Assembly (NCBI GenBank): GCA_038204425.1
Contig: JBBRCZ010000001.1
Location: 224,001 to 288,000, forward strand
DNA length: 64,000 nt
Reading direction: 5' to 3'
Source of the DNA: Spirochaetia bacterium
GTDB lineage: Bacteria > Spirochaetota > Spirochaetia > DSM-27196 > Salinispiraceae
Each line of letters begins with the position of its first letter. Position 1 is the first letter of the stretch. Shown here one piece after another: positions 27,870-38,506 of the stretch. The notes under the pieces were generated by a model. That model was not told the DNA's origin, did no database searches, and worked only from the letters and a program-made list of their open reading frames with translations. The translations under genes were made by a program, and so were the position numbers.

Positions 27870-29903
27870 TCATTCGTGCTCGTGTTCGCCTTCAACTACT
27901 TGATGAATGTTTTTAAAGCTGCGAAGTTCTTTGATCAGTTTCTTGAAATCTGTTGCACGCGGCATTTCTAAACTAAAATTGCCTTCCAAGTAGTCACCCT
28001 GGGCTTCGTCAATTTTGCCGGAAATCATATGTCCCTTGTACTTTTTTACTAGTCCCTCAATGTCTCCAAAAAGCCCACCAGAATGAAAGGCTTTAATCTT
28101 TATCTGCTTGGTGATACGTGGGGAAATAGACTCCCATTCAACTTCCAAACTACGTTCCGCTAGGTCACTTATGTTACCAAGATTGCTGCAGTTTCTGCGA
28201 TGGATCATGATGCCGCGACCACGGGAAACGTAGCCAATTATGTCGTCTCCAACTACTGGTTCACAACAGTTTGCAAATCGAATCATAAGGTTTCTCTCGT
28301 CGCCAACCTTTATCCCCGTCCGTGGCAGAGTTGGTTTTTCTGCTCCAACTATAGGAAGGTCTTTGCCAAGAATGTTTTGGCTATTTGTTGTAGCGTCAGA
28401 CTTCTTGCTAGTTATAGACGGAGCGGGTGGCTTACGCGCTACGATGTTTCTGTCTATTATGAGATTCTCATCGTGGTGATTTAGCCAAGCTCTAATTTTT
28501 TGTCTTGTGCGTCCTGTTTTGACGGCCCGTAGCCAATCAACGTGAGGATGAGCATGTGCATTGGTAATTATTTCAATTACCTGGGTATTCTTTAGTGAAG
28601 CCTTTAATGGAATTATTGCACCGTCAGCCTTGGCGGCACTAGCGTGATGTCCCACCTCGGTATGGATATGGTAGGCAAAATCAATTGCTGTTGAGTCTTT
28701 AGGTAACTGAACTACGTTTCCCTTGGGCGTAAAAACATAGATTGAGTCCCGCAGTAGCTCTTTCTTGATCTCTTCCAAAAAGTCACCCGATCCAATCTTT
28801 ACGTTATTGAGATCGCGCAGACGGTTGATGATAGTTAGGTCTGCCGGCTGAATTTGTTCTTTGTGTTGGACTCTTTTATAAACCCAGTGGGCAGCTACGC
28901 CAAATTCTGCAGTTTCATCCATTTGACGAGTTCTGATCTGAATTTCGGTAAGTCTGCCATCATAACACATCACCGTGGTATGAAGACTCTGGTAGCGGTT
29001 GGCCTTGGGCATTGCAATGTAGTCTTTAAACCGTCCTTCTATGGGCATCCACAAACGGTGTACTAGTCCAAGCAAGATGTAACAGTCATGCATCGTGTCA
29101 CACAAAATTCGTATGCCCAATAGGTCATAGATTTCGTCTAGTGACTTGTTGCGCTCCTTCATTTTGCTATAGATGGAATAAAAATGTTTGGCTCGTGTTT
29201 CCACTTCTACAACTAAACTCTCGACCAAAGAAGCCTGTTCAATGGCACTAGCAACCCGCACCAAGTAGTCTGATCGTTCGTTCTTCTTGGATGCTACATA
29301 CTCTTTGATCTGCTGGTATACTTCCGGATGCAGAAACTTGAGACTTAGGTCTTCCAACTCGTCCTTCATCCAACTAATACCCAAGCGTGCAGCAAGCGGA
29401 GCAAAAATATCCAAAGTATCATGAGCGGTGGATTTCTGTTTATCGACAGGCTTATGTTGCAGGGTTCTCATGTTGTGAAGCTTATCAGCTAATTTTATGA
29501 GAATAATTCTAATGTCTTTGACCATCGCAAAGAGCATTTTTCTGATGGTCTCTGCTTCGGCCGCGTTCTTGTTCTTGGTTTTTACAATATCAATTTTGGT
29601 TACACCAAATACCAGTGATTCTACCTCTTTGCCAAATTGCTCTCTGAGCTCGGTCCGAGATAGGCTTGTATCTTCCAGCGTATCGTGAAGAAAAGCTGCA
29701 GCTAGGGTAACCGAATCCATTTGCATGTCCCACAGAATTTCTGCAACTTCGAGAGGGTGTATAAAGTACGGTTCGCCACTGGCCCGCTTTTGACCTTGAT
29801 GCAGAATCTCAGCTTTAGATGCTGCTCGTCGTACCAAAGCAACTTCTTGCTCGGTAAGTGTTTTTGCGAGATCTTCTAGAAATGTTTCAATACGCGTATG
29901 CAA
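27870..29903 (-). CDS. rel: Bifunctional (p)ppGpp synthetase/hydrolase
   Basis: GEPY..HP, intact HD (LHDTLED), KLADKLHNMRTL, RFKDYI, YQSLHTT, TGS domain DFAY.IHTEVG, CC.PV.GD. Confidence 0.95.
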   Translation of the reverse strand: MHTRIETFLEDLAKTLTEQEVALVRRAASKAEILHQGQKRASGEPYFIHPLEVAEILWDMQMDSVTLAAAFLHDTLEDTSLSRTELREQFGKEVESLVFGVTKIDIVKTKNKNAAEAETIRKMLFAMVKDIRIILIKLADKLHNMRTLQHKPVDKQKSTAHDTLDIFAPLAARLGISWMKDELEDLSLKFLHPEVYQQIKEYVASKKNERSDYLVRVASAIEQASLVESLVVEVETRAKHFYSIYSKMKERNKSLDEIYDLLGIRILCDTMHDCYILLGLVHRLWMPIEGRFKDYIAMPKANRYQSLHTTVMCYDGRLTEIQIRTRQMDETAEFGVAAHWVYKRVQHKEQIQPADLTIINRLRDLNNVKIGSGDFLEEIKKELLRDSIYVFTPKGNVVQLPKDSTAIDFAYHIHTEVGHHASAAKADGAIIPLKASLKNTQVIEIITNAHAHPHVDWLRAVKTGRTRQKIRAWLNHHDENLIIDRNIVARKPPAPSITSKKSDATTNSQNILGKDLPIVGAEKPTLPRTGIKVGDERNLMIRFANCCEPVVGDDIIGYVSRGRGIMIHRRNCSNLGNISDLAERSLEVEWESISPRITKQIKIKAFHSGGLFGDIEGLVKKYKGHMISGKIDEAQGDYLEGNFSLEMPRATDFKKLIKELRSFKNIHQVVEGEHEHE

Positions 29904-29910
29904 AAGACAC

Positions 29911-30804
29911 CTACTTTAAGGCCAACAAACAACGTGGATTTCCTGTCAAATCAACCTTAGTTACAATATCGGAAAAACCAGTGCATTCTAGCAAGACCTT
30001 GATCAAATTTTCTTGCTGGTCGCCAATTTCCAGAAAAAGTGCACCACGGTTTCTTAAACGTTTGTAGGCTTGTGGGATCAGATCTCGATATAAATCCAGA
30101 CCATCTTTGCCACCATCTAAAGCTATTCTTGGTTCGCCCCAATAACTTGCCGGCATTCCCGGGTCAAGCTGATTTTGGGGCAAGTAGGGTGGATTGCTGC
30201 AAATGAGATCAAACGTCGCGCGGCCATCAGCTGTTTGTCTGCAAACGTCGACATCTTGCAGTAAGTCTGCCTTTACGAGTATATGCTCGCAGGCCGGGAC
30301 GAGCCGTGCTAGGTTGCGTGCTGCGACATCAAGCGCATCCTGAGAAATATCAGAGGCAGAAAAGTGTAGTCTTGGCCACTCGGATTTGCAAAAAAAAGCA
30401 AGAGCGGTGATGATGCACCCACTTCCAGTGCAACAATCATGGATAAAGAAGGGTTGAGAAACGTCTGTCTTTTGTTGGATATAATCCAAGGCTTCGCCAA
30501 CCAAACATTCAGTGTCAGGTCGTGGTATTAGTACTCGTTCATCAACAAAAAAGTCTAAGCCCATAAACTCCTTGTGGCCAACAATATAGGCAATTGGTTT
30601 TCCCTGGGCTCTTTGTTGCGCGAGCTCCAACATTAAGACCTCTTGTACCCTAGTAACTGAGTCATTGAGTCTGTTGAGCAATTGGGCTGTATCGACTTTC
30701 ATCACAAAACAAGCAATAAGGCGTGCGTCAAGTGAAATGCTCGAAGTGTCGTGACCTTCTGCGATGACGGTTCTCATCGACTTTAGTGCCTGGGATAGAG
30801 TCAT
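29911..30804 (-). CDS. prmC: Release factor glutamine methyltransferase
   Basis: VLIPRPDTE, DCCTGSG, SNPPY; directly downstream of prfA. Confidence 0.95.
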   Translation of the reverse strand: MTLSQALKSMRTVIAEGHDTSSISLDARLIACFVMKVDTAQLLNRLNDSVTRVQEVLMLELAQQRAQGKPIAYIVGHKEFMGLDFFVDERVLIPRPDTECLVGEALDYIQQKTDVSQPFFIHDCCTGSGCIITALAFFCKSEWPRLHFSASDISQDALDVAARNLARLVPACEHILVKADLLQDVDVCRQTADGRATFDLICSNPPYLPQNQLDPGMPASYWGEPRIALDGGKDGLDLYRDLIPQAYKRLRNRGALFLEIGDQQENLIKVLLECTGFSDIVTKVDLTGNPRCLLALK

Positions 30805-30830
30805 GATTGTCTACGGGCCTTATACATAAA

Positions 30831-31895
30831 CTATAGTGACTCTTTCAATGCTTCTTCGCGATGGGAAATGAGTAATGGCTCAATAACTTGGTCAAGCTCG
30901 CCTTCAATAATTTTGTCCAAATGATAGAGTGTGAGGTTGATGCGATGATCGGTAAGTCTATTTTGCGGGAAATTGTACGTTCTGATACGTTCGCTTCGAT
31001 CGCCTGACCCAATCTGCGTTTTTCTGGTGGCCGAAATCTCAGCAAGCCTTTTGCCCTCTTCGAGTTCAAAGAGTCTTGCCTTGAGCACGCGCATTGCCTT
31101 AGCTTTGTTTTTTAACTGGGATTTTTCGTCTTGACAGATAACAACAAGTCCGGAAGGCAGATGGGTTATTCTAACGGCGCTATCGGTTGTGTTTACTGAC
31201 TGACCGCCTGGACCGCCCGACCGATAGGAATCAATTCTCAGATCGTTGTCATTGATCACAATGTCGGTTTCTTCTGCTTCTGGTAAGACTGCAACTGTAC
31301 AAGCAGACGTGTGGATACGACCACTGTTTTCCGTTTCTGGAACACGCTGTACTCGGTGTCCACCGGATTCAAACTTAAGTGTGCCGTAGACATTGTTTCC
31401 ACTGATAGAAAATACAATTTCTTTTATGCCACCAAGTTCTGATTGACTGGCAGACATTACATCTGTTTTCCAGCCTTTAAGCTCACAGTAGCGTGAGTAC
31501 ATGCGGTAGAGGTCAGCGGCAAAAAGGCCAGCCTCGTCACCGCCAGTTCCTGCTCGAATTTCCATTATAATGCTTTTGTTGTCGAGCGGATCTTTTGGAA
31601 TTAACAAGTAATGCAAGTCTTGTTCCAACTGGCTATGTTTGGCTTGAATCTCCTTGAGTTCTTCCTTTGCCATTTCCCGCATTTCCGGGTCGGCTTCTTC
31701 TATCATAGCCTGAGTATTGGCCAAATCAGCTTCCAAACTAGTAAACTGATCAAACTTGCCAACAATTTCGGCCAGAGAAGCCAGTTCTCTGGTCATTGCA
31801 AGGTATCTTTTGGTGTCCTTGACAACCTCAGGGATGCCAATTTCGTCTGACAATTGTTTGTAGCGATGCTGGAGACCCAGTAGACGATCTATCAT
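30831..31895 (-). CDS. prfA: Peptide chain release factor 1
   Basis: HRVQRVPETE (PxT-type), GGQ motif, ERIRTYNFPQ. Confidence 0.97.
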   Translation of the reverse strand: MIDRLLGLQHRYKQLSDEIGIPEVVKDTKRYLAMTRELASLAEIVGKFDQFTSLEADLANTQAMIEEADPEMREMAKEELKEIQAKHSQLEQDLHYLLIPKDPLDNKSIIMEIRAGTGGDEAGLFAADLYRMYSRYCELKGWKTDVMSASQSELGGIKEIVFSISGNNVYGTLKFESGGHRVQRVPETENSGRIHTSACTVAVLPEAEETDIVINDNDLRIDSYRSGGPGGQSVNTTDSAVRITHLPSGLVVICQDEKSQLKNKAKAMRVLKARLFELEEGKRLAEISATRKTQIGSGDRSERIRTYNFPQNRLTDHRINLTLYHLDKIIEGELDQVIEPLLISHREEALKESL

Positions 31896-31904
31896 AGTTT
31901 TTCC

Positions 31905-32468
31905 TTAGCTTCTTGTTTTTGTGTTGATAAGTAAGAATCCAAAAATACCTCCGCATGCGCCACCTATAAGATGAGCAAACTGGGAAATATCATCCTTTTG
32001 AAAGGCGCCAATTATTTCATGGGCCAGATACAAGGTAACAATCGCTATAAAAGTGAGCGGTATCTCGCCAGAACGTATGTTGGTAAAACTGGTGAGTAAT
32101 ATGAACATAAACACTATACCACTGGCACCCAAGAGCCCGGTTGAAAACAGAAGAAGATTAAAGATAGCAGTAACAAAAGCTGTAATCAGGATCATCCACA
32201 AGACCGTAAGGCTACCGTATTTCTCTTCAAGTATTGGTCCCAGTAGCAACAAAAAGGCGAGGTTAGAAAAAAGATGCTCCCAAGAGGCGTGACCAAGAAC
32301 GTGTCCAAACAAGCGCAGCCAGGCAAAGATATCCGTCCATACCATTGGACCATAAACCGAAAATAATAGCCTAGTACTGGCTCCTGCTGTCAAAAAAGCG
32401 ATTAAAAGTATGGCAAAAGAAGCTAGAGAAAAGCTTAGGCTAACTGGCGCGTTGTACTTGATCGTCAT
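31905..32468 (-). CDS. Rhomboid-family intramembrane serine protease
   Basis: H...HL.SN, GASG, AHLIG. Confidence 0.9.
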   Translation of the reverse strand: MTIKYNAPVSLSFSLASFAILLIAFLTAGASTRLLFSVYGPMVWTDIFAWLRLFGHVLGHASWEHLFSNLAFLLLLGPILEEKYGSLTVLWMILITAFVTAIFNLLLFSTGLLGASGIVFMFILLTSFTNIRSGEIPLTFIAIVTLYLAHEIIGAFQKDDISQFAHLIGGACGGIFGFLLINTKTRS

Positions 32469-33232
32469 GGCAACTCCAAAATAATACTTACAGGGCAGTG
32501 ATCAGAACCCATTTGCTCAGGCATTATCGCTGCGTTTTTTATCAAACCTGCGCTGGCCGTATCACAGCAAAAGTAGTCGATACGCCAACCGACGTTGCGT
32601 TCGCGCGCTCGAGTTCGATAGCTCCACCAGCTGTATTGCTTGGCCGACTTGTTAAACATTCTAAAACAATCAACATATCCTTGTGTTAGAAACTCATCCA
32701 TCCATGCACGTTCTTCGGGCAAAAAGCCAGGATTGCCAACGTTGGCTGCTGGATTCTCAAGGTCGATAGCTTTGTGTGCAATATTGTAGTCGCCACAAAT
32801 TACCACGTGTTTTCCTTGCGCTACTAAGCCGTCGCAAATGAGCTTAAGTGCTTTGCAAAAGGCGAGCTTATAGGCCAGTCGAGCGCCGGCATCCTGACTG
32901 TTTGGAAAGTAGCAATTGAACAAGACTAGCTGGCCAAATTCAAGTCTAAGCACTCGACCCTCGTTGTCAAAGTCATCCAGCCCCATTAACTCCATTTTAT
33001 CAGCTTTTAACTTTGAATAGACGGCGACACCACTGTAGCCTTTCTTTTGTGCTGACGCCCAATAGTCGTGGTAACCCTCAGGTTTAAAGACAGAATCGTC
33101 TAACTGGTCTTGTTGGGCCTTGGTCTCTTGAATACACACTATGTCAGCATCTGATTCCTTTAGCCATGCATAGAAACCTTTGCCCGCTATCGATCTAATT
33201 CCGTTAACATTCCATGAAATAAGGTGCAACAT
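32465..33232 (-). CDS. xth: Exodeoxyribonuclease III
   Basis: SWNVNGIR, CIQETK, GDYNIAH, GWRIDYF, SDHCP. Confidence 0.95.
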   Translation of the reverse strand: MLHLISWNVNGIRSIAGKGFYAWLKESDADIVCIQETKAQQDQLDDSVFKPEGYHDYWASAQKKGYSGVAVYSKLKADKMELMGLDDFDNEGRVLRLEFGQLVLFNCYFPNSQDAGARLAYKLAFCKALKLICDGLVAQGKHVVICGDYNIAHKAIDLENPAANVGNPGFLPEERAWMDEFLTQGYVDCFRMFNKSAKQYSWWSYRTRARERNVGWRIDYFCCDTASAGLIKNAAIMPEQMGSDHCPVSIILELP

Positions 33233-33241
33233 AGCCGCATA

Positions 33242-35254
33242 TTATGGTAAGAGCGCATTGTTTTCAAGTAAAATCAATTGCTCTAAAGCTGCAACACAGT
33301 CTTCCCAGTTATTGTTGAGTGTGCCTTCCTTCATTTCTAAGTCTGACAACAATGCTTGACGCTTTTTTACTTCCAGTCCGTTGCTGTAGACAGATTCTAG
33401 CCCCATTTCCTCGTTAATGACTTTCCGATCTAACGAAAGGGTATCAATAGCGGCCAATATTTCTTCTTCTCTTTTTTGTAATTTCTTAATTTCAGACTTA
33501 CGGCGCTTGTCTTCCTCTCTACGCGTTTTTTGATCGCTATCACTCTTTAGGCGCAATTTCTCTGGCTTTAAATGATTGTCCAGTAATCCATGAATCAAGG
33601 CTTCTGATTTTTCCACACTTTTTGAGCTGGGCCCCGCCAAACTGTTTTTCCACAAAAAATAGTCCCAATCTCCATCATAAACAGTGTGACGAGAAGCTTC
33701 CCCATCAGGACCGGGCTTGATTTCAACGATTCGAGTAGCTAGTTCTTCTATAAAATCCTGATCATGGCTAACAAAGACTATTGCACCGTCAAAGCTTTTG
33801 AGAGCATCAAGGAGAACACGTTTTGAACTCATATCAAGGTGATTGCTTGGTTCGTCCAAGAGAAGCAGGTTAGCTGACTGCATAAGCACTTTAAACAGCG
33901 CTAGGCGGCTACGTTCGCCCCCAGACAACACCGTCAATGGCTTTTCGATATCGTCTCCACTAAAAAGGAACGAACCCAGCAAGGTTCTGATTGTTTGTTC
34001 ACTCAGAGCAGGAAAGTCACTCGCCACTTTTTGGATTACCGTCAGATCTTCGATGGTAACTTCATTATCCTGCATAAAATACGCTTGGCGAACACCATTA
34101 CCGATGGCGATTGAACCTGAGTCTGGCTTGTCAACTAGTGCGCACAATCGCATCAGAGTTGATTTTCCCGCACCGTTTTTGCCAATTACTGCAACCCTGT
34201 CACCGCGTTGCAAATCAAGAGAAAAACCCCTCAAAACCTGGTGAGATCCATAGCTGCGGCTTAGGTCACTTAAACTTAGCATGTTTTGCGAACAAGGCGG
34301 TGCAGACGAACACCTAAACTCGGCAGTCTTGATTCCATCAGGAATTTCGATTATTTCGATTCTTTCTAGTTCTTTAAGCCGACTCTGAGCCTGACTTGCT
34401 TTGCTTGCTTTATAACGGAAGCGCTCAACAAATTTCTCAAGGTGTGCAATTTGGTCTTGTTGCTTACTCCAGGCAGCCAGTACCTGCTCAAGTTCCAGAC
34501 GGCGTTTAAGTTGATACTGGTCATAGTTGCCCGGATAATTACGTAGCTTGCCTTGATAAAGTTCAACAATGTTGTCTACAACAGCATTCAGAAAGCTTCG
34601 GTCGTGACTTACCAAAGCCACAGCACCAGCAAAGCGTTTTAAAAAGTCGCGCAACCACCAACGCGCAGGCAAGTCAAGATAGTTGGTTGGTTCGTCCAGC
34701 AATAGTACATCGGGATTCTTTAGAAGCACTTTAGCTAGCGCAATTCGCATTTGCCAGCCGCCAGAAAACTCACTACACGACCTAAAAAAATCGCTCTCAA
34801 TAAAACCAAGCCCACTTGCAACCTCGTGAATTCGTGCTTGTCGTTGGTTAAAACCTGAGAACTCAAGCATTTCTTCTAGGTCCTGCAGTTCTTCAAGAAT
34901 TTTGTCCAGATGCGCTTGTTCTCCAGAGCCTAACTCTTGATTAATACTATCGATTCTGGCCATAGCTTTGTGACCTTCATCAAAAGCGGTTTCTAGCTCT
35001 TGTTCGAGTGTATGACCAACAAAAACTATGCCACTTTGTGGCAAATATGCTAAGCGCAAGCCTTTTTTCTTGCTCAAGGTGCCAGAATCAGGCTTTCTTT
35101 CTTCAGAAAGAATCGTAAACAAGGTTGATTTTCCACAGCCGTTAGCACCAACTAATGCATAACGGCGACCGGCTGAGAGTACCAAGCCGGTATTGTCGAG
35201 AATTTTCCGGTCTCCAAATTCAAGTGAAACGTTAATTGCTTGTAACAATGACAC
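33242..35254 (-). CDS. ABC-F family ATP-binding protein
   Basis: Two ABC cassettes (GANGCGKST/FSGGW/LDEPTN and GKNGAGKST/LSGGE/LDEPSN), no TM segments, C-terminal coiled coil. Confidence 0.93.
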   Translation of the reverse strand: MSLLQAINVSLEFGDRKILDNTGLVLSAGRRYALVGANGCGKSTLFTILSEERKPDSGTLSKKKGLRLAYLPQSGIVFVGHTLEQELETAFDEGHKAMARIDSINQELGSGEQAHLDKILEELQDLEEMLEFSGFNQRQARIHEVASGLGFIESDFFRSCSEFSGGWQMRIALAKVLLKNPDVLLLDEPTNYLDLPARWWLRDFLKRFAGAVALVSHDRSFLNAVVDNIVELYQGKLRNYPGNYDQYQLKRRLELEQVLAAWSKQQDQIAHLEKFVERFRYKASKASQAQSRLKELERIEIIEIPDGIKTAEFRCSSAPPCSQNMLSLSDLSRSYGSHQVLRGFSLDLQRGDRVAVIGKNGAGKSTLMRLCALVDKPDSGSIAIGNGVRQAYFMQDNEVTIEDLTVIQKVASDFPALSEQTIRTLLGSFLFSGDDIEKPLTVLSGGERSRLALFKVLMQSANLLLLDEPSNHLDMSSKRVLLDALKSFDGAIVFVSHDQDFIEELATRIVEIKPGPDGEASRHTVYDGDWDYFLWKNSLAGPSSKSVEKSEALIHGLLDNHLKPEKLRLKSDSDQKTRREEDKRRKSEIKKLQKREEEILAAIDTLSLDRKVINEEMGLESVYSNGLEVKKRQALLSDLEMKEGTLNNNWEDCVAALEQLILLENNALLP

Positions 35255-35261
35255 AAATAGC

Positions 35262-36566
35262 TCAGTAGTTAAAAAAGATAATCAAGGCATCGGTGCTTGT
35301 TCTTGTTACTATTTGGTCTTTAATGTTTGCTCTTGAAACAGGTTCGAGTCTAACACCATTTCCATGTATCTGAAACAAAAAATTAACTTCTTCTATGCCA
35401 CCCGCGTAGTTAAAGTTAAAACTTAAGACACCTTGATAGAGAGCTTTTATTTCGTCGCCCAAATAGTACTTGATGCGTGCGCTACCTGTTCCGTCTGCCG
35501 AAGAAGGTATCAAACTTGGAGCAAGAACTTCAAAGCCTTGCCAAACAAACGAACCGTTGGCCTTTAATGCCAAGCTACCGTAGGCTTGGCTGGTCAGAAG
35601 ACCGTTTCCCCTTAGGCGAGCAATTAACTGTTCTCGTCGTAGGCGTTCCTTCTCGTAGATTTCTTTTATGTTTGCTGTAAAGTTGGTGAACTTCATAACT
35701 CTAAGAGTTTTTTCCTTGCTGCGAAACCATTCGATAATGATTTCATCAGCTGAGTTAACGGTTATCTGTACGCCAGTATTCGCAATAAAAAAACTTCTTC
35801 TACCGCGAGAATCAAATCGGTTATACTTAATGTCAACGTTTTCATCCGAAAGTCTTAAACGAAAACGTTTATTTTCCTGATCAAAAAAAGCACCATATTC
35901 GGGGTTAAATTCGTCGAAATCAAACTTGTCGTCTTTAATCATGCCCAAGTATGAATCAGGTCGCCAGTTGCCAGCAAACAAGTCCAGCAATGGGTCTTGG
36001 CTCACTTTAGCGATCCCACCATTGGCTTCGCCGCTTACTTCCAGCTCATAATCAAAAACCCAGCCTTTGGTTCCACCATCTGCAAGAACCTCGTACCAGT
36101 ATCCAAACAAGTCGGCTTCGCTAGATGGTAGGACTGCACGGCTAACAACTTTGACTTTTTCGTCGGTCCTTAAGCGATATACCATAGGACTATCGCGTTG
36201 GGCGGCCTGCCTAATTGGCAAGGCCTGACGATTAGATCTTGCCCATGCGGACCAAAGTGCCTTGCGATCATTCGTAAAAGTCTGGGCTTCTTTGAGGCTT
36301 GCAAAGACTTGAACCCTCCAGAAAGGCATATTCATAATTACCGTTTCAGACTGATTTAAATCAGAAACTTTGTGGACTTGAAACTCTTTCCTAACATCTG
36401 ACTTGCCCAGTATGCCAAAAATAGATCCATTTTCTAGTGTAACTTCATCCTCTGACCAGAGTAGAACTGCGAAGGAGCGATATTCCTGTGCACAGCTAAG
36501 AATCAACGTAAGTAAAAGCACTAGCAGAAAGGCACGTGAAATTTTAGTTTTTTGAAAAATGAACAT
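35262..36566 (-). CDS. SH3-domain lipoprotein
   Basis: Lipobox LILSC; SH3b-like L.IR......V..L...EKV.V.....WYEV..DGTKGWVF. Confidence 0.75.
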   Translation of the reverse strand: MFIFQKTKISRAFLLVLLLTLILSCAQEYRSFAVLLWSEDEVTLENGSIFGILGKSDVRKEFQVHKVSDLNQSETVIMNMPFWRVQVFASLKEAQTFTNDRKALWSAWARSNRQALPIRQAAQRDSPMVYRLRTDEKVKVVSRAVLPSSEADLFGYWYEVLADGGTKGWVFDYELEVSGEANGGIAKVSQDPLLDLFAGNWRPDSYLGMIKDDKFDFDEFNPEYGAFFDQENKRFRLRLSDENVDIKYNRFDSRGRRSFFIANTGVQITVNSADEIIIEWFRSKEKTLRVMKFTNFTANIKEIYEKERLRREQLIARLRGNGLLTSQAYGSLALKANGSFVWQGFEVLAPSLIPSSADGTGSARIKYYLGDEIKALYQGVLSFNFNYAGGIEEVNFLFQIHGNGVRLEPVSRANIKDQIVTRTSTDALIIFFNY

Positions 36567-36603
36567 GCAGCAAGGATAGCAAAGCTCAGTCTATTCTGCA
36601 ACG

Positions 36604-37512
36604 CTATTGCCAGTTTTTTGTTAGAGCGTCCTTGGAAAGCACTATAATAACTCGCCCTTCACGCAAAGCCTTGCGACTCGTCTCGCTATAGAGAAGCAAA
36701 TCAGCATCAGCTTCGGAAATTACAGGATCAACAGCTATCTTACCAAAAACAGCGTTGGCGCTGATAATGTAAGGGTTAGCCCCAATACGGTCTTCGTTTT
36801 TTTGCGCATCATATATGCTTTGGGCATATCCAGAGCTGCCCCATTTTTTTGCAAAGTTTGCTTCTATGTATTCAATGTTGAGTACAAGTCGACTCCGTTG
36901 ATCATATATTTTTGGAAAGAGTGCAGCCTGCGCCATGGTAGTTCCGTCTATGCCAAACCAAGGTAAGGCCTCGGCCATGTAAATAATTAAACCAGTGTAC
37001 TCGGCCTTAGGCTGCCAAGCGTAAACGCGAGCAAGTGGAATGGTTTGATTATGTTGCAAAAACAGCGACGCGAGTTCAGGAAAGACGGGGACGGATGCCA
37101 CAAGCGTACTGCCGGCTAGGTTCCGGTCCGGCGCATGGACTAAGCTTGCTTGGCTGCGCGCAAGATCTTGGAGTTGATTGGTCAATTCTGGATAGGTATC
37201 AAAAAGGTCAGATATGACTGTTTTGGAGTCAATAACTAGTCGTTTAATGCTATCAGGAAAGTTTGCTACAAAATGTTCTTCAAGCGCTGGCTGAGATTTG
37301 CTGACCGCACTTAGCCGGTTAAGAGGCTCACTGCGAACGATTGATTGACTCAGTTCGATGTGAAACGATGTAGTGGGCCACGTAAAATAATGCCGGGTCA
37401 TGCTAATTTGCTTGTTTTGAGCATTCAGGTTGCTTGCAAGTATTAGGATGAATACAAAATATAAGCCAGTTCGGAGAGAAATACTTGTCTGGAAATGTGC
37501 ACGAGTCTTCAT
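36604..37512 (-). CDS. Exported hypothetical protein with a YTGLII/ALFPKIYD/GANP domain
   Basis: N-terminal signal peptide; the C-terminal motif set resembles the domain that follows LPP20 lipoprotein domains (from memory). Confidence 0.65.
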   Translation of the reverse strand: MKTRAHFQTSISLRTGLYFVFILILASNLNAQNKQISMTRHYFTWPTTSFHIELSQSIVRSEPLNRLSAVSKSQPALEEHFVANFPDSIKRLVIDSKTVISDLFDTYPELTNQLQDLARSQASLVHAPDRNLAGSTLVASVPVFPELASLFLQHNQTIPLARVYAWQPKAEYTGLIIYMAEALPWFGIDGTTMAQAALFPKIYDQRSRLVLNIEYIEANFAKKWGSSGYAQSIYDAQKNEDRIGANPYIISANAVFGKIAVDPVISEADADLLLYSETSRKALREGRVIIVLSKDALTKNWQ

Positions 37513-37552
37513 ATCTATAAGATCGGCAGAAAATCAAATACTTTGATTTTGC

Positions 37553-38506
37553 TCAATTGCTTTTCTTCAATTTACTTAACAAATGATCTAAAACTTGTCT
37601 TTGCGCATAGATTGGATGTCTAAGTGTTTGATTTGCAATGTTTTTTTCATTGCGCCAAGATTGGTTTACGAGTCTCAGACTTCCGGGAAAAAGTGCAAAC
37701 TGCTGCTCCAGTTTTGACAATGTGGGGACTTCGTCAAGAATCAGTGCATCCCAGAAAACAGCAGGTTTCCAATCAACTTGCATTCCCAAACGGCCGGCCT
37801 GCTCACCAATCCACATAAAAGCAAGTATTTTAGGAACATACTGTTGAGTTTCTCTTCTAATCTGGCCTGCGTTCTTCAGACCAAGGAAGCTTTTTTCTTT
37901 GACCTGAGCTAGTCCTCGTTGAATCGCACCGAGACCAGCATTGTATGCGGCAAGTGCAAGTTGCCAGTCACGAAGAACTGAGTAGTTTTGGCTTAGTTTT
38001 CGTAAGCCGGAGTCAGTAGCTTTTACAAAATCAAAGCGTTCGTCATACCACGGTTCGATGGTAAAGTATCCTAGGCTGGAGTTGGGCATAAACTGCCAGA
38101 TCCCTCCAGCCCCCGAGCGACTTACCGCATTAACAACAAACTCTGATTCTACAAACGGCACATAGTAGACCACTTTGGGCATGCGATATAGTGCCATTCG
38201 AGCTTGAATTAAATATCGAAACGGATGAGCCGTGTTAAACACCGATTGTAGCCAATCTTTACGCGTTGTTTTGAGCAGTTGATCAACAAGAGCCATGCTT
38301 TGTTCATCTAACTTGGGAAGATTCTCATCTAAGGGAGACATTAGTGATGGAAACTGCGCGGGCAATTGCCCACTTTGAGATTTGCTTGTATCAGGCGAAG
38401 CCCAGGGCTCGCTTGCCTGGCTCGCTATCATCTGAGCACCGATCGTGCCGATAGATGAAAGCAGAAAGCCTATTGCAATGAGTCGCCGAAAAATATTCCA
38501 GCCCAT
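37553..38506 (-). CDS. Lytic transglycosylase (MltD-type SLT domain)
   Basis: VESEF...AVS..GAGGIWQFMP, LAAYNAG, ETQQYVPK. Confidence 0.9.
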   Translation of the reverse strand: MGWNIFRRLIAIGFLLSSIGTIGAQMIASQASEPWASPDTSKSQSGQLPAQFPSLMSPLDENLPKLDEQSMALVDQLLKTTRKDWLQSVFNTAHPFRYLIQARMALYRMPKVVYYVPFVESEFVVNAVSRSGAGGIWQFMPNSSLGYFTIEPWYDERFDFVKATDSGLRKLSQNYSVLRDWQLALAAYNAGLGAIQRGLAQVKEKSFLGLKNAGQIRRETQQYVPKILAFMWIGEQAGRLGMQVDWKPAVFWDALILDEVPTLSKLEQQFALFPGSLRLVNQSWRNEKNIANQTLRHPIYAQRQVLDHLLSKLKKSN